NCBI GenBank assembly: GCA_963724465.1
Contig: CAVRUT010000003.1
Coordinates: 308,505-372,504 of the forward strand
Reading direction: 5' to 3'
DNA from: an uncultured Acidobacteriota bacterium
GTDB taxonomy: Bacteria > Acidobacteriota > Thermoanaerobaculia > UBA5066 > Gp7-AA6
Length of the DNA stretch: 64,000 bases
Shown: positions 1 to 11,291 of the stretch, piece by piece
Layout: the number at the start of each line of letters is the position of its first letter
Numbering within the stretch: position 1 is the first letter of the stretch
Made by a program: the position numbers and the translations under genes
The notes under the pieces: model-generated
Told to the model about the DNA's origin: nothing
The model's database searches: none
What the model saw: only the letters and a program-made list of their open reading frames with translations

Positions 1-248
1 TGCCGATCGCTCGCCGCACGGCCGCCTTCTCTCGGACGACGTCGTGTCCCTCGATGCGCGCCGTCCCAGCGGTCGGCGGCAGCAGCGTCGTCAGCATCGC
101 GGATGAGCGTCGTCTTACCGGCGCCGTTGGGCCCGAGCAGGCCGTAGATCTCGCCGGGTTGGACGGAGAACGAAACCGCGTCGTCGGCGACGAAGTCGCC
201 GAAGCGCCGGGTCAGTCGCTCGACCTCGATGGGCCGGGGCGAGCTCAC
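1..248 (-). CDS. ABC transporter ATP-binding protein, N-terminal part (continues beyond left edge; one frame change near 105)
   Basis: Reverse strand from GTG (246-248) reads [50 protein letters not shown] then, in another frame, [20 protein letters not shown]. This is an ABC ATPase N-terminus with Walker A. GTGA overlap with the stop of the HlyD-like gene. Confidence 0.8.
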   Translation of the reverse strand, partial: MSSPRPIEVERLTRRFGDFVADDAVSFSVQPGEIYGLLGPNGAGKTTLIRDADDAAAADRWDGAHRGTRRRPREGGRAASDR

Positions 249-1170
249 GCCCTGGGAGGCCCGCTGCCCGCCTCGACGACGAAGGTCTGGCCGGAGACGA
301 CTCCACCGTTCAGGGGCTGGAGGCGCACCGAGAAGGTCTGCAGGTCGCGGCTTTGCAGCCCCCAGTTCTTGCGCGTCGCGAACTCCGACCGCGGCTTGAT
401 CGAGACGATCTTCGCCTGGAACCGGGCGTCGGGGCGCGCCTGGGGCCAGACCGTCACGCTCTTGCCGACGACGAACGACGAGAGCCGTTCCTCGGGAACC
501 TCGACGCGCAGGTACGGCGCCTCGATCTGGAGCGTCACGATCGGCTGGCCCGGCTCGACCCACTCCCCCATCCGGTGGTGCCGCGTGAGCACGGTGCCGC
601 CGGCGGGGGAATTGAGGACGCCTTCCTTCTCGAAGTGTCGGATCTTCTCGAGGCGCACCCGCAGCGCCTGCTCCTCGGCGTCGAGCTGCCCCTTCTCGGC
701 CTCGCGGGCGCGGATGTCCGCAGCGATCGCCTCGCGCTGGTGCTGCAGAGTCTCCAGACTCGCGGACGCGCGAGACGCCCTCCTTGACGAGGCGCCCGAT
801 CCGCCGCTCGTCCGAGGAGACCGCGGCAAACTGCGCCCTCAGCTTCTCGATCTCCTCGAGGCGCGTCGCGTCGCGCGCCTTGACCTGGGAGATCTGCCGC
901 TCGATGTCCGAGGCGTCCTCGGAGAGCCCCGGCTCATCGATGCGGGCGACTTCCTGGCCCGACCGCGATCGCCTCTCCCTCCTCGGGGACGCGCGTGGTC
1001 AGCCGCCCCCGCCTCGAGAAGGACAGGGCGAGGCTCTGCTCCTCCGCGACCGCGAGCAGGCGCAGGGGCTGGCCGCTGTCGTTCTCGCGGCGGACGAGCT
1101 CGCCGTAGCCCCACGCCCCGGCCACGGCAATACCCACCGCCAGGACGATCCAGAGGACCCGTTTCACCAT
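245..1170 (-). CDS. HlyD-family membrane fusion (periplasmic adaptor) protein, frameshifted in this sequence
   Basis: N-terminal TM anchor [26 protein letters not shown] (start 1170). Coiled-coil segment. C-terminus [57 protein letters not shown] (stop 245). The pieces lie in different minus frames, changing near 830-960. Confidence 0.75.
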
Positions 1171-1240
1171 CCCCAAGATTAAACCCGATTTCGGGCCCCG
1201 GATGGCCCCATTTGGAGCGTCCCGGCTCGCGACGGGCCTC

Positions 1241-1997
1241 TCAGCCGACAGCCAGCCGCCTCTCGACCGCGTCGAGCACGTCCTCGGCTCTGCCCGCAAC
1301 GGCGAGGTCCAGGACCCCGGACGCCGGCGTCGCCTCGGGGTTGATCTCGGCCGTGAACGCTCCCCGCGCGCCGGCCTCCGTCACGAGCCCGGCGGCCGGA
1401 TAGACGAGGGCCGAGGTGCCCGACGGCCAGGCAGACGTCGCAGTCGAGCGCGGCGTCGGCCGCGGCCAGGACGTCGGGATCGATCGGCTCGCCGAACCAC
1501 ACGACCCCGGGCCTCACGAGACCGCCGCAGTGGGGACAGCGCGGCGGAAGCTCGGGAAACGAGACCGTCTCGTCCGGCCAGCGCCGCGGCGACGCCGCGC
1601 ACCGCTCCCAGCACGAGACCTCCCAGAGGGACCCGTGGAACCGGATCACGTTTTCGGTTCCCGCGCGCTCGTGAAGCCCGTCCACGTTCTGGGTGACGAG
1701 TCGAAAGGTCGGAAAGCGCCGGCTCCAGGCGGCGAGCACCTCGTGCGCGCGATTGGGCCGCGCGCGGGCCACGAGCTCCCGCCGCCACGCGTACCACTCC
1801 CAGACGAGCTTCGGGTCGCGGGCGAAGGCCTCGGGGGTCGCCAGCTCCTCGGGACGAAATTGTCGCCAGAGGCCGCCCGGGCCCCGAAACGTCGGGATCC
1901 CGCTCGCGGCCGAGACCCCGGCCCCGGTCACGACCGTCAGGCGCGCGGCCCGGCCGATGCGGCCGGCGAGCAGTGCGATTGCATCATCCCGGGCCAT
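1241..1997 (-). CDS. cobB: NAD-dependent protein deacylase, Sir2 family (one frame change near 1420)
   Basis: MARDDAIALLAGRIGRAARLTVVTGAGVSAASGIPTFRGPGGLW...QNVDGLHERAG...CPHCGGLVRPGVVWFGE. The C-terminal GTSALVYPAAGLV...RRLAVG-stop is read only after a 1-nt shift. Confidence 0.85.
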
Positions 1998-2069
1998 GGA
2001 CCTCGATGATAAGTTTGCGCTCGCCCGGCGGCCGGATCGCAGGGCGGAGAAGCGGAGACGAAAACGCTC

Positions 2070-3529
2070 ATGTCGAACCCAGTTCCCATCACCGTCGCCC
2101 GCGGCGACGGCATCGGCCCCGAGATCATGGCCGCGACGCTCCACATCCTGAAGGAGGCCGGCGCGCGCCTCGACATCGAGAAGATCGAGATCGGCGAGAA
2201 GGTCTACCTCGCCGGCAACACCGCCGGCATCGACCCGTCGGCCTGGGAGTCGCTGCGGCGCACCCAAGGTCTTCCTCAAGGCGCCGATCACCACGCCCCA
2301 GGGCGGCGGCTTCAAGAGCCTGAACGTCACGACCCGCAAGACGCTCGGCCTCTACGCCAACGTGCGGCCGTGCGTGTCCTACCATCCGTTCGTCGACACC
2401 AAGCACCCCGTCATGGACGTCGTCATCGTCCGCGAGAACGAGGAGGACCTCTACGCCGGCATCGAGTACCAGCTGACGCCCGACGTCTACCAGTGCCTCA
2501 AGCTCATCACGCGGCCCGGCTCGCGAGAAGATCGTCCGCTACGCCTTCGAGTACGCGCGCCGCAACAACCGCAAGAAGGTCACCTGCTTCACCAAAGACA
2601 ACATCATGAAGATGACCGACGGCCTGTTCCACAAGGTCTTCGACGAGATCGGCGAGCGAGTACCCCGACATCGAGAAGGAGCACTGGATCGTCGACATCG
2701 GCGCGGCCAAGCTGGCCGACACGCCCGAGGCCTTCGACGTCATCGTCATGCCGAACCTCTACGGCGACATCCTCTCCGACGTCGCGGCGCAGATCGCCGG
2801 CTCGGTCGGGCTGGCCGGCTCGGCCAACATCGGCGACACGTGCGCGATGTTCGAGGCCATCCACGGCTCGGCGCCGCGGCGCGCCGGGCAGAACCTCGCC
2901 AACCCCTCGGGCCTGCTGCTGGGCGCGGTGATGATGCTGGTCCACATCGAGCAGCCCGAGGTCGCCGAGCGCGTCCACAACGCCTGGCTCGCGACGATCG
3001 AGGACGGCATCCACACCTACGACATCTTCAAGGAAGGCGTCAGCACGCCAGAAGGTCGGCACGAAGGAGTTCGCCGAGGCCGTCGTCGCGCGCCTCGGCA
3101 AGAAGCCCCAGAAGCTCAAGGCGGTCGGCTACGGCGCCGCGCCGCAAGCCCAGCACGTCGCGGCCGCCGCGCCCGGCGCGGCCGATGCCGAAGCAGGAGA
3201 CCGTCGGCGTCGACGTCTACGTCGGCTGGACGCAGCCCCGACAGCGACGCCCTCGCCGCAAAGCTCCAGCCGCTCGCCGGCCCGGAGTTCGAGCTCCACA
3301 TGCTGACCTCGCGCGGCATCAAGGTCTGGCCGGACGGCCAGCCGGAGACGTCTCCGCGCCGACGAGTGCCGCTGCCGGTTCCTGGGCGCGGGCGGCGGCC
3401 GCGTCGCCCACGCGGACATCGTCGCGCTGCTGTCGCGCATCGGCGGGCGCGGGCATCGAGTTCGTCAAGACCGAGAACCTGACCGACTTCGACGGCGAGC
3501 GGGGCTACTCGCTCGGCCAGGGGGAGTAG
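2070..3529 (+). CDS. icd: NADP-type isocitrate dehydrogenase (about 485 codons), multiply frameshifted in this sequence
   Basis: Pieces [20 protein letters not shown].., ..[36 protein letters not shown].., ..[48 protein letters not shown].., ..[25 protein letters not shown]-stop lie in three plus frames. Extra single bases are visible near 2272, 2527, 2661 and 3048, and more changes occur in 3130-3400. Confidence 0.85.
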
Positions 3530-3533
3530 GCGC

Positions 3534-4034
3534 ATGGCGGAGCGCGGCGCGGAGACACCGCTCGTCGGCATCCTGATGGGGTCCAAGTCCGACTGGGAGA
3601 CGATGCGCCACGTCTCGGAGACGCTCGCGAAGTTCGGCGTGGCGAGCGAGAGCCGCGTGCTGTCGGCGCACCGCACGCCGAAGGAGACGGCCGAGTACGT
3701 CACCTCCGCCGCGGGCCGCGGCATCGAGGTCCTCGTCGCCGGCGCCGGCGGCGCGGCGCACCTGGCCGGAGTGGCGGCCGCGCACACGACGCTGCCCGTC
3801 CTCGGCGTCCCGATGGAAAGCGCCTCGCTCAAGGGTCTCGATTCGCTGCTCTCGACCGTGCAGATGCCCGGCGGCATCCCGGTCGCGACCTTCGCGATCG
3901 GAAAGCCGGGAGCGGTCAACGCCGCGCTCTTCGCCGTCGCCGTCCTCGCGGGCAAGCGCCCGGAGCTCGGAAAGAAGCTCGCGGAGTTCCGGGCCGAGCA
4001 GGCGGCGAAGGTCCTGCAGGAGACGCTGCCGTAG
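3534..4034 (+). CDS. purE: N5-carboxyaminoimidazole ribonucleotide mutase
   Basis: Intact 166-aa ORF with LVGILMGSKSDWETMRH, LSAHRTP and VLVAGAGGAAHLAGVAAAHTTLPVLGVP, the PurE signature. Confidence 0.95.
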   Translation: MAERGAETPLVGILMGSKSDWETMRHVSETLAKFGVASESRVLSAHRTPKETAEYVTSAAGRGIEVLVAGAGGAAHLAGVAAAHTTLPVLGVPMESASLKGLDSLLSTVQMPGGIPVATFAIGKPGAVNAALFAVAVLAGKRPELGKKLAEFRAEQAAKVLQETLP

Positions 4035-4090
4035 CCGGCGGGCCCCTCGCCCTCGTCGGACTGCTGCTCGGCGCCGCCGCGGCGTCGGGC

Positions 4091-4627
4091 TTGCGGCTCT
4101 ACGCGACCGTCGCGGTGCTCGGGTTTCTCGGCCGCTCCGGCGTCGTCGCCCTGCCGGGCGGCCTCTCGGTCCTCGCCCGCGAGTGGGTGATCGTCGTCGC
4201 CGCGGCGCTCTATCTGGTCGAATTCCTCGCCGACAAGATCCCGTTCGTTGATTCCGTCTGGGACCTGGCCCACACGTTTCTTCGCGTGCCGGCCGCCGCG
4301 TTGCTCGCCTGGGCGGCGCTCGTGGACGTCCCCGAAGAGTGGCGCATCGTCGCGGCGCTCGTCTGCGGCGGCGTCGCGCTCTCGGCCCACGGCCTGAAGG
4401 CGGGCGCGCGCGCGGCACTCAACACGAGCCCGGAGCCGGTGACCAACTGGATCGCGTCGCTCGCCGAGGACGGGCTGACCGGTCTCCTTCTCTTTCTCGC
4501 CGTCCGGCATCCCCTGGCGGCGGCACTCGCGGCCGGGGCCGTGGTGGCCCTCGCCATCGCGGCAAGCGCCTGGGTCTGGCGGGTCCTGCGCCGGCTTTTC
4601 GCCGGCCGACGCACGGCGCCGGTCTGA
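4091..4627 (+). CDS. DUF4126-type integral membrane protein
   Basis: 178-aa ORF with several hydrophobic helices and the FLADKIPFVDSVWD motif. The TTG start at 4091 is uncertain because hydrophobic in-frame sequence (ALVGLLLGAAAASG) continues upstream. Confidence 0.7.
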   Translation: MRLYATVAVLGFLGRSGVVALPGGLSVLAREWVIVVAAALYLVEFLADKIPFVDSVWDLAHTFLRVPAAALLAWAALVDVPEEWRIVAALVCGGVALSAHGLKAGARAALNTSPEPVTNWIASLAEDGLTGLLLFLAVRHPLAAALAAGAVVALAIAASAWVWRVLRRLFAGRRTAPV

Positions 4628-4690
4628 CCGCCCCTCCCGGACTGTTCTAAGATAAGTCGTCGGCACAGCCCCGGCGTAGGAGGCGCCCTG

Positions 4691-5179
4691 ATGGAGCTCG
4701 AAGAGTACTCGGAGGAAGAACTGCTCGAAGCCGGCCGCGAGGCCGTCAAGCGGGAGCAGTGGTCGCGCGCCAAGGAATTTCTGTCCGCCTACGTGGATCG
4801 CCACACCGCGCGCGGGGAGACCGTGCCGGCCTCCGGCCTGGCGAGCTACGCCCTCTGCCTCGCTCACCAAAAGGAGCAGCGCAAGGCCCTCGAACTCTGC
4901 AAGAAAGCGCAGCACGCGGACCCGCGCAACCCCCACATCTACTGGTGCCTCACGCAGATCCACCTGATCGGGAAGTCGCGCAAGGAGGCCATCGACACCG
5001 TCGAGCGCGGCCTGCGCGCGGCTCCCGACAACTTCCTGCTGCTCCGGATGCGCAAGCGACTCGGCGTGCGCCAGGCGCCTCCCCTGCCTTTTCTCGATCG
5101 CCGGCACGCGTTGAACGTTCGCCTGGGAAAGATCATCCACAAGCTCAAAGGCTCGACCGCCGCGGTCCTGCCCGCCTGA
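4691..5179 (+). CDS. hypothetical helical-repeat (TPR-like) protein
   Basis: Intact 162-aa ORF with protein-like composition and amphipathic helical repeats. No specific family recognised. Confidence 0.6.
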   Translation: MELEEYSEEELLEAGREAVKREQWSRAKEFLSAYVDRHTARGETVPASGLASYALCLAHQKEQRKALELCKKAQHADPRNPHIYWCLTQIHLIGKSRKEAIDTVERGLRAAPDNFLLLRMRKRLGVRQAPPLPFLDRRHALNVRLGKIIHKLKGSTAAVLPA

Positions 5180-5309
5180 CACCGGCACGCCGGCGCTTTC
5201 GCGCCTCTTTCCGGAGTGTCTGGTTTCGACTGCTTCCCGGCCGGAAGCGTTCATGTTTCGTTCATCGAGAAAGCGGGAGGCTCTCCTGAAGAGAAAGGGG
5301 AAACAACCC

Positions 5310-6200
5310 ATGCCGCTCTCCCTAAACTGCATGCATCGGATCCTTGCCCTCGCCGCGATGGTGTTCCTCCTCCCGGCGTCACTCGCCCTGGCCGCCAAGA
5401 GCAAGGCCCCGAAACTGGACCTCAACACCGCCTCGCAGCAGGAGCTCGAGGCGCTGCCCGGCGTCGGCGAGGCGACCGCGAAAAAGATCATCGCCGGCCG
5501 CCCCTACTCCTCGGTCGCGGATCTCTCGAAAGCCGGAGTCCCGGCGGCCACGATCGACAAGATTTCGCCGCTCGTGACCGTCTCGAAGCCGAAGAAGGCC
5601 TCGAAGTCCGAGGAGAAGGCAGCCGCGCCCGAGAAGCCGGCGAAGGCCGCGAATGCCGCCGCTCCCGAAAAGCCCGCGGCGGCCGAAAAGTCCTCGAAGG
5701 CGGAAAAGCCCGCCACGGCAGCCGCCTCCGCCCCCGTTGACCTCAACACGGCCTCCGAGAAGGACCTCGAGGCGCTGCCCGGCGTCGGCCCGGCCACGGC
5801 GAAGAAGATCGTCGCGGGTCGCCCCTACGCGTCGGTCTCGGACCTCTCCAAGGCGGGTGTCTCCGCCAGCACGATCTCCAAGATCTCTCCGCTCGTCGTC
5901 GCCGGCGGGAAGACCGCCGCGAAGGCGGCACCGGCTTCCGCGCCCTCCGCCGCCGCGTCGGCACCGGCACCGGGCCCGGCCCAAAAGGTGCAGCCGAAGG
6001 CCCCGGAGGCCGCGACCGGAGCCTCTGCGGTCCGCAGCGCACCGGCCAGGGGGATGGTCTGGGTCAACACCGCGACCAAGGTCTATCACTTCGAGGGAGA
6101 CCAGTGGTACGGCAAGACCAAGGAAGGCAAGTACATGACCGAGCAGGACGCGATCAAGGCGGGCTATCGCGCCTCCAAGGAAGCCGCGCCGAAGCAGTAA
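5310..6200 (+). CDS. secreted ComEA-like protein with two helix-hairpin-helix DNA-binding modules
   Basis: Signal peptide [21 protein letters not shown]. Two copies of [42 protein letters not shown]. Ala/Pro/Lys linkers. C-terminal [33 protein letters not shown] module. Start could be 5253, 5310 or 5331. Confidence 0.8.
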   Translation: MPLSLNCMHRILALAAMVFLLPASLALAAKSKAPKLDLNTASQQELEALPGVGEATAKKIIAGRPYSSVADLSKAGVPAATIDKISPLVTVSKPKKASKSEEKAAAPEKPAKAANAAAPEKPAAAEKSSKAEKPATAAASAPVDLNTASEKDLEALPGVGPATAKKIVAGRPYASVSDLSKAGVSASTISKISPLVVAGGKTAAKAAPASAPSAAASAPAPGPAQKVQPKAPEAATGASAVRSAPARGMVWVNTATKVYHFEGDQWYGKTKEGKYMTEQDAIKAGYRASKEAAPKQ

Positions 6201-6349
6201 GCCTGCTTCCGGGCCGCGCTCGAGGAGGGTGCGGCCCCTTCTTTCGGAGCCCGTTCCTCAGAGCCCTATTCGTGGGACCCTCAGCGGCTCCCGACAACGA
6301 AAACCGGCGGGATCGCTCCCGCCGGCGCGCACTCGAATGCCCCCGGGCC

Positions 6350-6979
6350 TTACGGCTTCTCTGCCTTGATGTTGAGCAGCCGCGTCGGCTGGCCCTGGTA
6401 GTTCTCGACTTCGATCTTGCCGGTCGCCTTGTCGATGGAGGCCATGCCCATTCCGATGACCTTGCCCTCGCCCTTGCCGTCCTTGCCGAAACGCATCTCG
6501 ACGACACCGAGGTCGTACCTGTTCCTCGTGCCCCCGGAGACCGCGGCCCCGAACGTCATCGGGCGGTTCGTCGCGAGGACGATCTGGCGCGTGCCGTCGG
6601 GCAGCGTATTCTCGCGGGCAAAGAAGAGAGCATAGGCGAGCGTGCCCTCCGTCATGACGAACCCGACCTGCGGCATCTGGCTCATGTCCGCCACCATCTG
6701 CTCGTTGCCTTCGGTCTTCAGGATGTCGATCAGCGCGGTGCGCTCGGCGTCCGAGGACCAGCGATAGATACCGATGGTGACGGTCGTCCCGCCCCCGCCC
6801 CCAAGCATGTTGAGGGCCCAGGCCGTGTAGTAGGCGATGATCGGCGGCCCGCCCTTGGTCGCCGGAGCGGCCGAGGCGGTCGAAGAGGGGGCCGAAGCGC
6901 TCGTGGATGAGGAGGAACAACCGGAAAGAGCGGCGAGGAGTCCGAGGGTCACGGTGACGACGACCAGGTTCTTGCGCAT
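6350..6979 (-). CDS. lipoprotein of unknown function
   Basis: MRKNLVVVTVTLGLLAALSGC lipobox followed by a Ser/Thr-rich linker. About 209 aa. The longer ORF-track start (7273) is upstream of the signal peptide and unlikely. Confidence 0.7.
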   Translation of the reverse strand: MRKNLVVVTVTLGLLAALSGCSSSSTSASAPSSTASAAPATKGGPPIIAYYTAWALNMLGGGGGTTVTIGIYRWSSDAERTALIDILKTEGNEQMVADMSQMPQVGFVMTEGTLAYALFFARENTLPDGTRQIVLATNRPMTFGAAVSGGTRNRYDLGVVEMRFGKDGKGEGKVIGMGMASIDKATGKIEVENYQGQPTRLLNIKAEKP

Positions 6980-7094
6980 GCGATGCTCCTTGTTCTTTCG
7001 AAACGGCCGGACGGGGCCGATGGCGGATAACTCTATAACGCCTGCACGGGGCCCGAGTATCGGCCGGCCCGCCGAGCGGCTAGACTGGGGCCGG

Positions 7095-7628
7095 ATGCGG
7101 CGAAAAACCAGAGGGGCGATCCTCGGCGTGGCCCTGGCGGCGGCCCTCTGGGCCGGCTGCCGCTCCGTCACCCTGCAGCCCCTCGTTCTGCCCCGCGTCG
7201 ATCTCGAGCGTTTCATGGGTGACTGGTACGTCATTGCCAACATCCCGACGCCCTTCGTGAAGAACGCATACAACGCCGTCCAGAACTACCAGTTGAACGC
7301 CGACGGCACCATCGCGACGACTTTCACGTTCAACGAGGGCGGCTTCGATGGAAAGAGTCGGACCTTCCGCCCGAAAGCTTACGTGCGTGAGGGAACATCC
7401 AACGCGGAGTGGGGCATGCAGTTCGGGCCGATCCGCGCCGAGTACCTGATTGCGTACTTGAACCCGGAGTACACGGAGACGGTCATCGCCCGCAGCAACC
7501 GCGACTTCGTCTGGATAATGGCCCGCACTCCGGTGATCCCCGAGGCCGACTACGACCGCCTCGTCGAGCAGATCGCCGGGTGGGGCTACGACACGGAGAA
7601 GCTGGAGCGCGTTCCCCAGCACTGGTAA
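7095..7628 (+). CDS. blc: bacterial lipocalin (outer-membrane lipoprotein Blc)
   Basis: MRRKTRGAILGVALAAALWAGC lipobox, then LERFMGDWYVIANIPTPF and the rest of a lipocalin fold sequence ending ..KLERVPQHW. Confidence 0.85.
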   Translation: MRRKTRGAILGVALAAALWAGCRSVTLQPLVLPRVDLERFMGDWYVIANIPTPFVKNAYNAVQNYQLNADGTIATTFTFNEGGFDGKSRTFRPKAYVREGTSNAEWGMQFGPIRAEYLIAYLNPEYTETVIARSNRDFVWIMARTPVIPEADYDRLVEQIAGWGYDTEKLERVPQHW

Positions 7629-7726
7629 GGCCGGCCCCCCGGGGAGAAAATTGTCGGTCGCGATCCGGGAGGGCCGTGCCATGATCGCCTTCCGAATGAG
7701 ACCGACACGCGTGTTCGGACCCTCCC

Positions 7727-9974
7727 GTGGCTGAACCCGCGCGCCCGGGATCCCTTCGGGCGTTTCTCTCCCGCTGGCCCGAAGTCGTCGTCGGACATCC
7801 GTGGCTCATCGTCCTTTTCTGGCTGGCGATCGCCGCCCTCCTCGTCCCGGGAGCACGAAAGATCGAGAACCGGCTCGAAGTCGCGGCGCGAATGCCGTCC
7901 GAGCAGGCTCAAGCCGTCCACGACGACCTCCAGCGCAGGTTTCGATCTCCGTTTACTGACCGGGTGCTCCTCGTGGTCGAAGGGGTCCCCGTGCCGAGCG
8001 TTCCCGAAGGGCGGGAGGCCCTCGAGACGATCGTGCGCGCACTGCGCAAGGTCCCCGGCGTCGCTGGAACGCTGTCCAACCTGGACACACGCGACCCCCT
8101 CTTCGCGGGCAAGGACAGCGGCTTTCTCGTCATCGTGGGCCTGGACTCCGGCGGCCGCCCCGTCGAGGACCTCCTGCCGAGCCTCCGTGAAACGACGAAC
8201 GGCTTGAGCGCGCAACTGCGCCCGGCGTACCCGAAGGTGTGGCTCGGGTGGACCGGCGAAGTGCCCTTGAACTTCGACCTGCGCATCGCCAGCGCCGCCG
8301 ACGCGCGCTCCGCGGAGTTGAGGGTCCTGCCCGTGACGCTCCTTCTGCTGCTGCTCGCCTTCGGGGGCGCTCGCAGCCATCCTGCCTCTCGGCGTGGGCG
8401 TCCTCTCGATCGTGCTCTCTCTGGGCGTCGCGGCATGGCTCGCGCGGTTCTTCCCGATCTCGATCCTGATCCAGACGATCGCCTCCATGATCGGCCTCGG
8501 CCTCGGCATCGACTACGCGCTCCTGACGGTCAGCCGTTTTCGCGAGGCGCTCTCGACCGGACGCGGAAGCGGCCCCGCGGCCGAGGAAACCGCGCGGCGC
8601 GCCGGGTGGACGATTCTGCTGTCGGCATTTCCGGTGACGATCGGGTTCGCCGCGCTCCTGACGATCCCCCTGTCGGAGCAGCGCTCGGTCGGACTGGCCG
8701 GCCTGCTCGTGACGCTCTTCGGCGTGCTCCTGTCGGCGACGCTCCTGCCGGCGCTGCTCTCCCTGATCGGCTGGCGCATCGACGCGCTCCGCATTCGCCG
8801 GCCTCATCCGGCGCGGGCCGCGTCGGGCTCGGAGGCCTGGCGGCGCTGGGGCCATCGCGTCACCGCGCGGCCCGTGCTCGCCCTCGTCCTCGCGAGCGCG
8901 CCGCTTCTCCTGCTGGCCGCGCAATGGCGGCGCCTGGGCACGGCGACGCCGCTCGGCGACTGGCTCCCCAAAGGCTCGGAGTCGGTGCGCGCCTATCACC
9001 AGCTCGAGGCGATGGGCCGCTCGAACCTCATCCACTCGCTGCGGGTCGTCCTCGACTTTCCCCCAGGCGTCCAGCTCGACAGCGAGGAGGGCTGGGCCGC
9101 GGCCGCGCGGCTCTTCGACAGGCTGCGCCGGGACGGCCGATTCGAGCGGGTCCAGTGCCTTCCGGCGATCTTAGATCGGCCCGACGGCCTCCGATTCCTG
9201 CCCCTCGTATCGCCGGCGGTCCGCCGGACGCTCGAGGCGAGCGACGGGAGCGCCACGCTCTTCGAGTCCATCCCGGCCGCGCGCCTCTCCCCGCGCGACC
9301 AGGTCAACCTCGCTCGCGAGCTGCGCACCTGGAATGCTGCCGAGATCACCGGCCTGCCGGGTGTGAAGATGAGCGTCGGAGGACGGCCGGCCTTCGACGC
9401 CGACTACGAGGACATCGTCGCGCGCCACTTCCGCCGGGTCGTCGTCCTGGTGGTGGTCTGCACCTTCCTCGCGCTCTTCGCCGGGTTCCGTTCGTTGCTC
9501 GTCGCACTCAAGGCGGTGCTTCTCAACCTGCTCTCGGTGGGAGCCGCCTTCGGCGCCCTCGTGCTCGTCTTCCAGGAGGGCCATGGCGCGCGCTGGCTCG
9601 GCCTGGCCGGGCCGACGGGAAGCGTTTTCCCGATCATCCCGGTGCTCGTCTTCTGCATCGTCTTCGGCCTTTCGATGGACTACGAGGTCATCCTCGTGGC
9701 CCGCGTGGCCGAGGCCCGACGCAGCGGCCTCGGAGAAACCGACGCCATCGCCGAGGGCCTGGCGCGAACGGCAACCGTCATCACGAGCGCCGCTGCGATC
9801 ATGATCGTCGTCTTCGCGGGCTTCGCGCTCGGCAACTTCCTGCCCGTCAAGATGCTCGGCTTCGCCCTCTCGGTCGCGGTCCTGATCGATGCCATCGCCG
9901 TGCGCATGGTCATCGGGCCCGCCCTGCTCCGCCTGGCCGGTCGCTGGAACTGGTGGCCAGGCGGCCTCAGGTAG
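7727..9974 (+). CDS. MMPL/RND-superfamily membrane transporter (one frame change near 8365)
   Basis: Two ORF pieces (7727 to about 8370 and 8394-9974) give a 12-TM protein with the duplicated MMPL motifs GLGIDYALLTVSRFRE and FGLSMDYEVILVARV. The frame changes in a GGGGG run. Confidence 0.8.
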
Positions 9975-10044
9975 CGGCCCGACGACCGGGCACCGGAAGA
10001 GATCTCGGTGTCAGAGAGGGGTCACGAAGCCCGGCCGTTCCGCG

Positions 10045-10488
10045 CTACGCCCGCCGGCCTCGCACCGTCAGAACGGGACAGGGCGCGGTCGCCACGATCC
10101 GCGCCGCGACGCTGCCGATCAGCGCCCCGGCCACGCCCGTGCGCCCGTGCGTCCCGACCACGATGAGGTCGGCCCTCTGCGACCGCGCCGCGCGGGCGAC
10201 GGCATCGTGCGCCGGCGTGCCGGACAGCAGGAGCGACTTCGCGCGGACCCCCGCCTTGCGGGCACGCGCGACGAGCGCCGTCAAGCGCCTCTGCGCGTCG
10301 GCGCGGATCTCGGCTTCCATCTCCCGGTAGGCCCATCGCACGCTCTGCGCCTGCGCGAGAGAAGGGACGACGTGGACGATGAGCACCCGCGCGCCGGCCG
10401 ACTTTGCGAGCGAGAGGCCTCGCTTCCAGGCGGCTCCGGAGGTCGGCGAGAAATCCGTCGCGAGCAGAATGTGGCGGAAGGGCTTCAT
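10045..10488 (-). CDS. universal stress protein (UspA family)
   Basis: 147-aa ORF MKPFRHILLATDFS...ADLIVVGTHGRTGVAGALIGSVAARIVATAPCPVLTV. Confidence 0.9.
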   Translation of the reverse strand: MKPFRHILLATDFSPTSGAAWKRGLSLAKSAGARVLIVHVVPSLAQAQSVRWAYREMEAEIRADAQRRLTALVARARKAGVRAKSLLLSGTPAHDAVARAARSQRADLIVVGTHGRTGVAGALIGSVAARIVATAPCPVLTVRGRRA

Positions 10489-10598
10489 GTGCCTCCTTTC
10501 CTCCGAGGCCTCCGATCTGTCCCGGCCCGCCCCGGTGGTGCAGGACAGAGACTAGCTCTTGCGCAGCTTCGCGATCCAGTCCCGCCCGTGAATGGGCT

Positions 10599-11276
10599 TC
10601 AGGAAAGGCCTTCGTTCTGTTCGAACCGCGCGAGCGAGCCGAGGAAGCCCTCGGCGTCCGCGAGATTCCTTCCGGCGAGGTCGCGCATGAGGCGCTGCAG
10701 GAGCGGAGAGCGCTCCATCCGGTCCGCGAAGCGGCGCGACACCCACACCGCCGCGGCGAGAACGGCGAGGCCGAAGAGCACGTTGGCGACGAGCCAGCCG
10801 GCGCTGAACACGGCGTAGGCGTCCACGTCGAGAAACCCCTTCAAGCCCACGATCAGGAGCGGCGTCCAGGCGAGCGCCGCCAGAGCGAGCGTCCACAGCG
10901 TCGCGCGGATCCGCCTGACCCGGATCGATTCGAGCCGCTTCTGGATCCCGAGGATCGGCGCCGCGTAGTCCACGCTCCGGATCGCCAGACGCAGGCGCAC
11001 GAGGGCGATGACGAGGGCGATCGCGCACACATCGAGAGCTGCCGCCGGGATCCAGAAACGCGGCTCCCCGATGTGGTCCGCGATGAACGAGCCGAGCCAC
11101 AACAGAGGAAGGAGACCGACGAGGAGCTCGACAAGCAGCCCCCGGGACATTCGCCTGATCGCGAGCTCGGCCCTGCCGAGGACGGATTCCTTCAACACGC
11201 GGGCGTTGAGCCGGAGGCTCGCGTCGAGCTTCCTGTCCTGCTCCTCCCAGCGCCGCTTCAGATCATCGAGTTCCAT
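10599..11276 (-). CDS. four-TM membrane protein co-transcribed with the ECF sigma factor (candidate anti-sigma/partner)
   Basis: Intact 225-aa ORF 15 nt downstream of the sigma gene on the same strand. Cytoplasmic N-terminal helix followed by four hydrophobic helices. Family not recognised. Confidence 0.65.
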   Translation of the reverse strand: MELDDLKRRWEEQDRKLDASLRLNARVLKESVLGRAELAIRRMSRGLLVELLVGLLPLLWLGSFIADHIGEPRFWIPAAALDVCAIALVIALVRLRLAIRSVDYAAPILGIQKRLESIRVRRIRATLWTLALAALAWTPLLIVGLKGFLDVDAYAVFSAGWLVANVLFGLAVLAAAVWVSRRFADRMERSPLLQRLMRDLAGRNLADAEGFLGSLARFEQNEGLS

Positions 11277-11291
11277 GATCGCCCTCCTATC

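Noticed and set aside
54-1403. 449-aa plus-strand ORF at the left end
   Set aside because: It is antisense to the ABC ATPase, HlyD-like and cobB genes, and its translation is low complexity.
2070-3529. Programmed ribosomal frameshifting or recoding as the explanation for the frame changes
   Set aside because: There are too many events, spread over unrelated housekeeping genes. There are no slippery heptamers or downstream structures, and each lesion is explained by one extra base.
3116-5491. 791-aa minus-strand ORF spanning purE, DUF4126 and the TPR-like genes
   Set aside because: It is antisense to several well-supported genes. Its Arg/Ala/Pro/Gly-rich low-complexity translation is typical of shadow ORFs in GC-rich DNA, and it has no family-like motifs.
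5580-6010. Repetitive Ala/Pro/Lys-coding stretches that could be mistaken for tandem DNA repeats or a CRISPR-like array
   Set aside because: They lie inside the ComEA-like ORF as low-complexity linkers. There are no regularly spaced identical repeats, and no CRISPR array was seen anywhere in the window.
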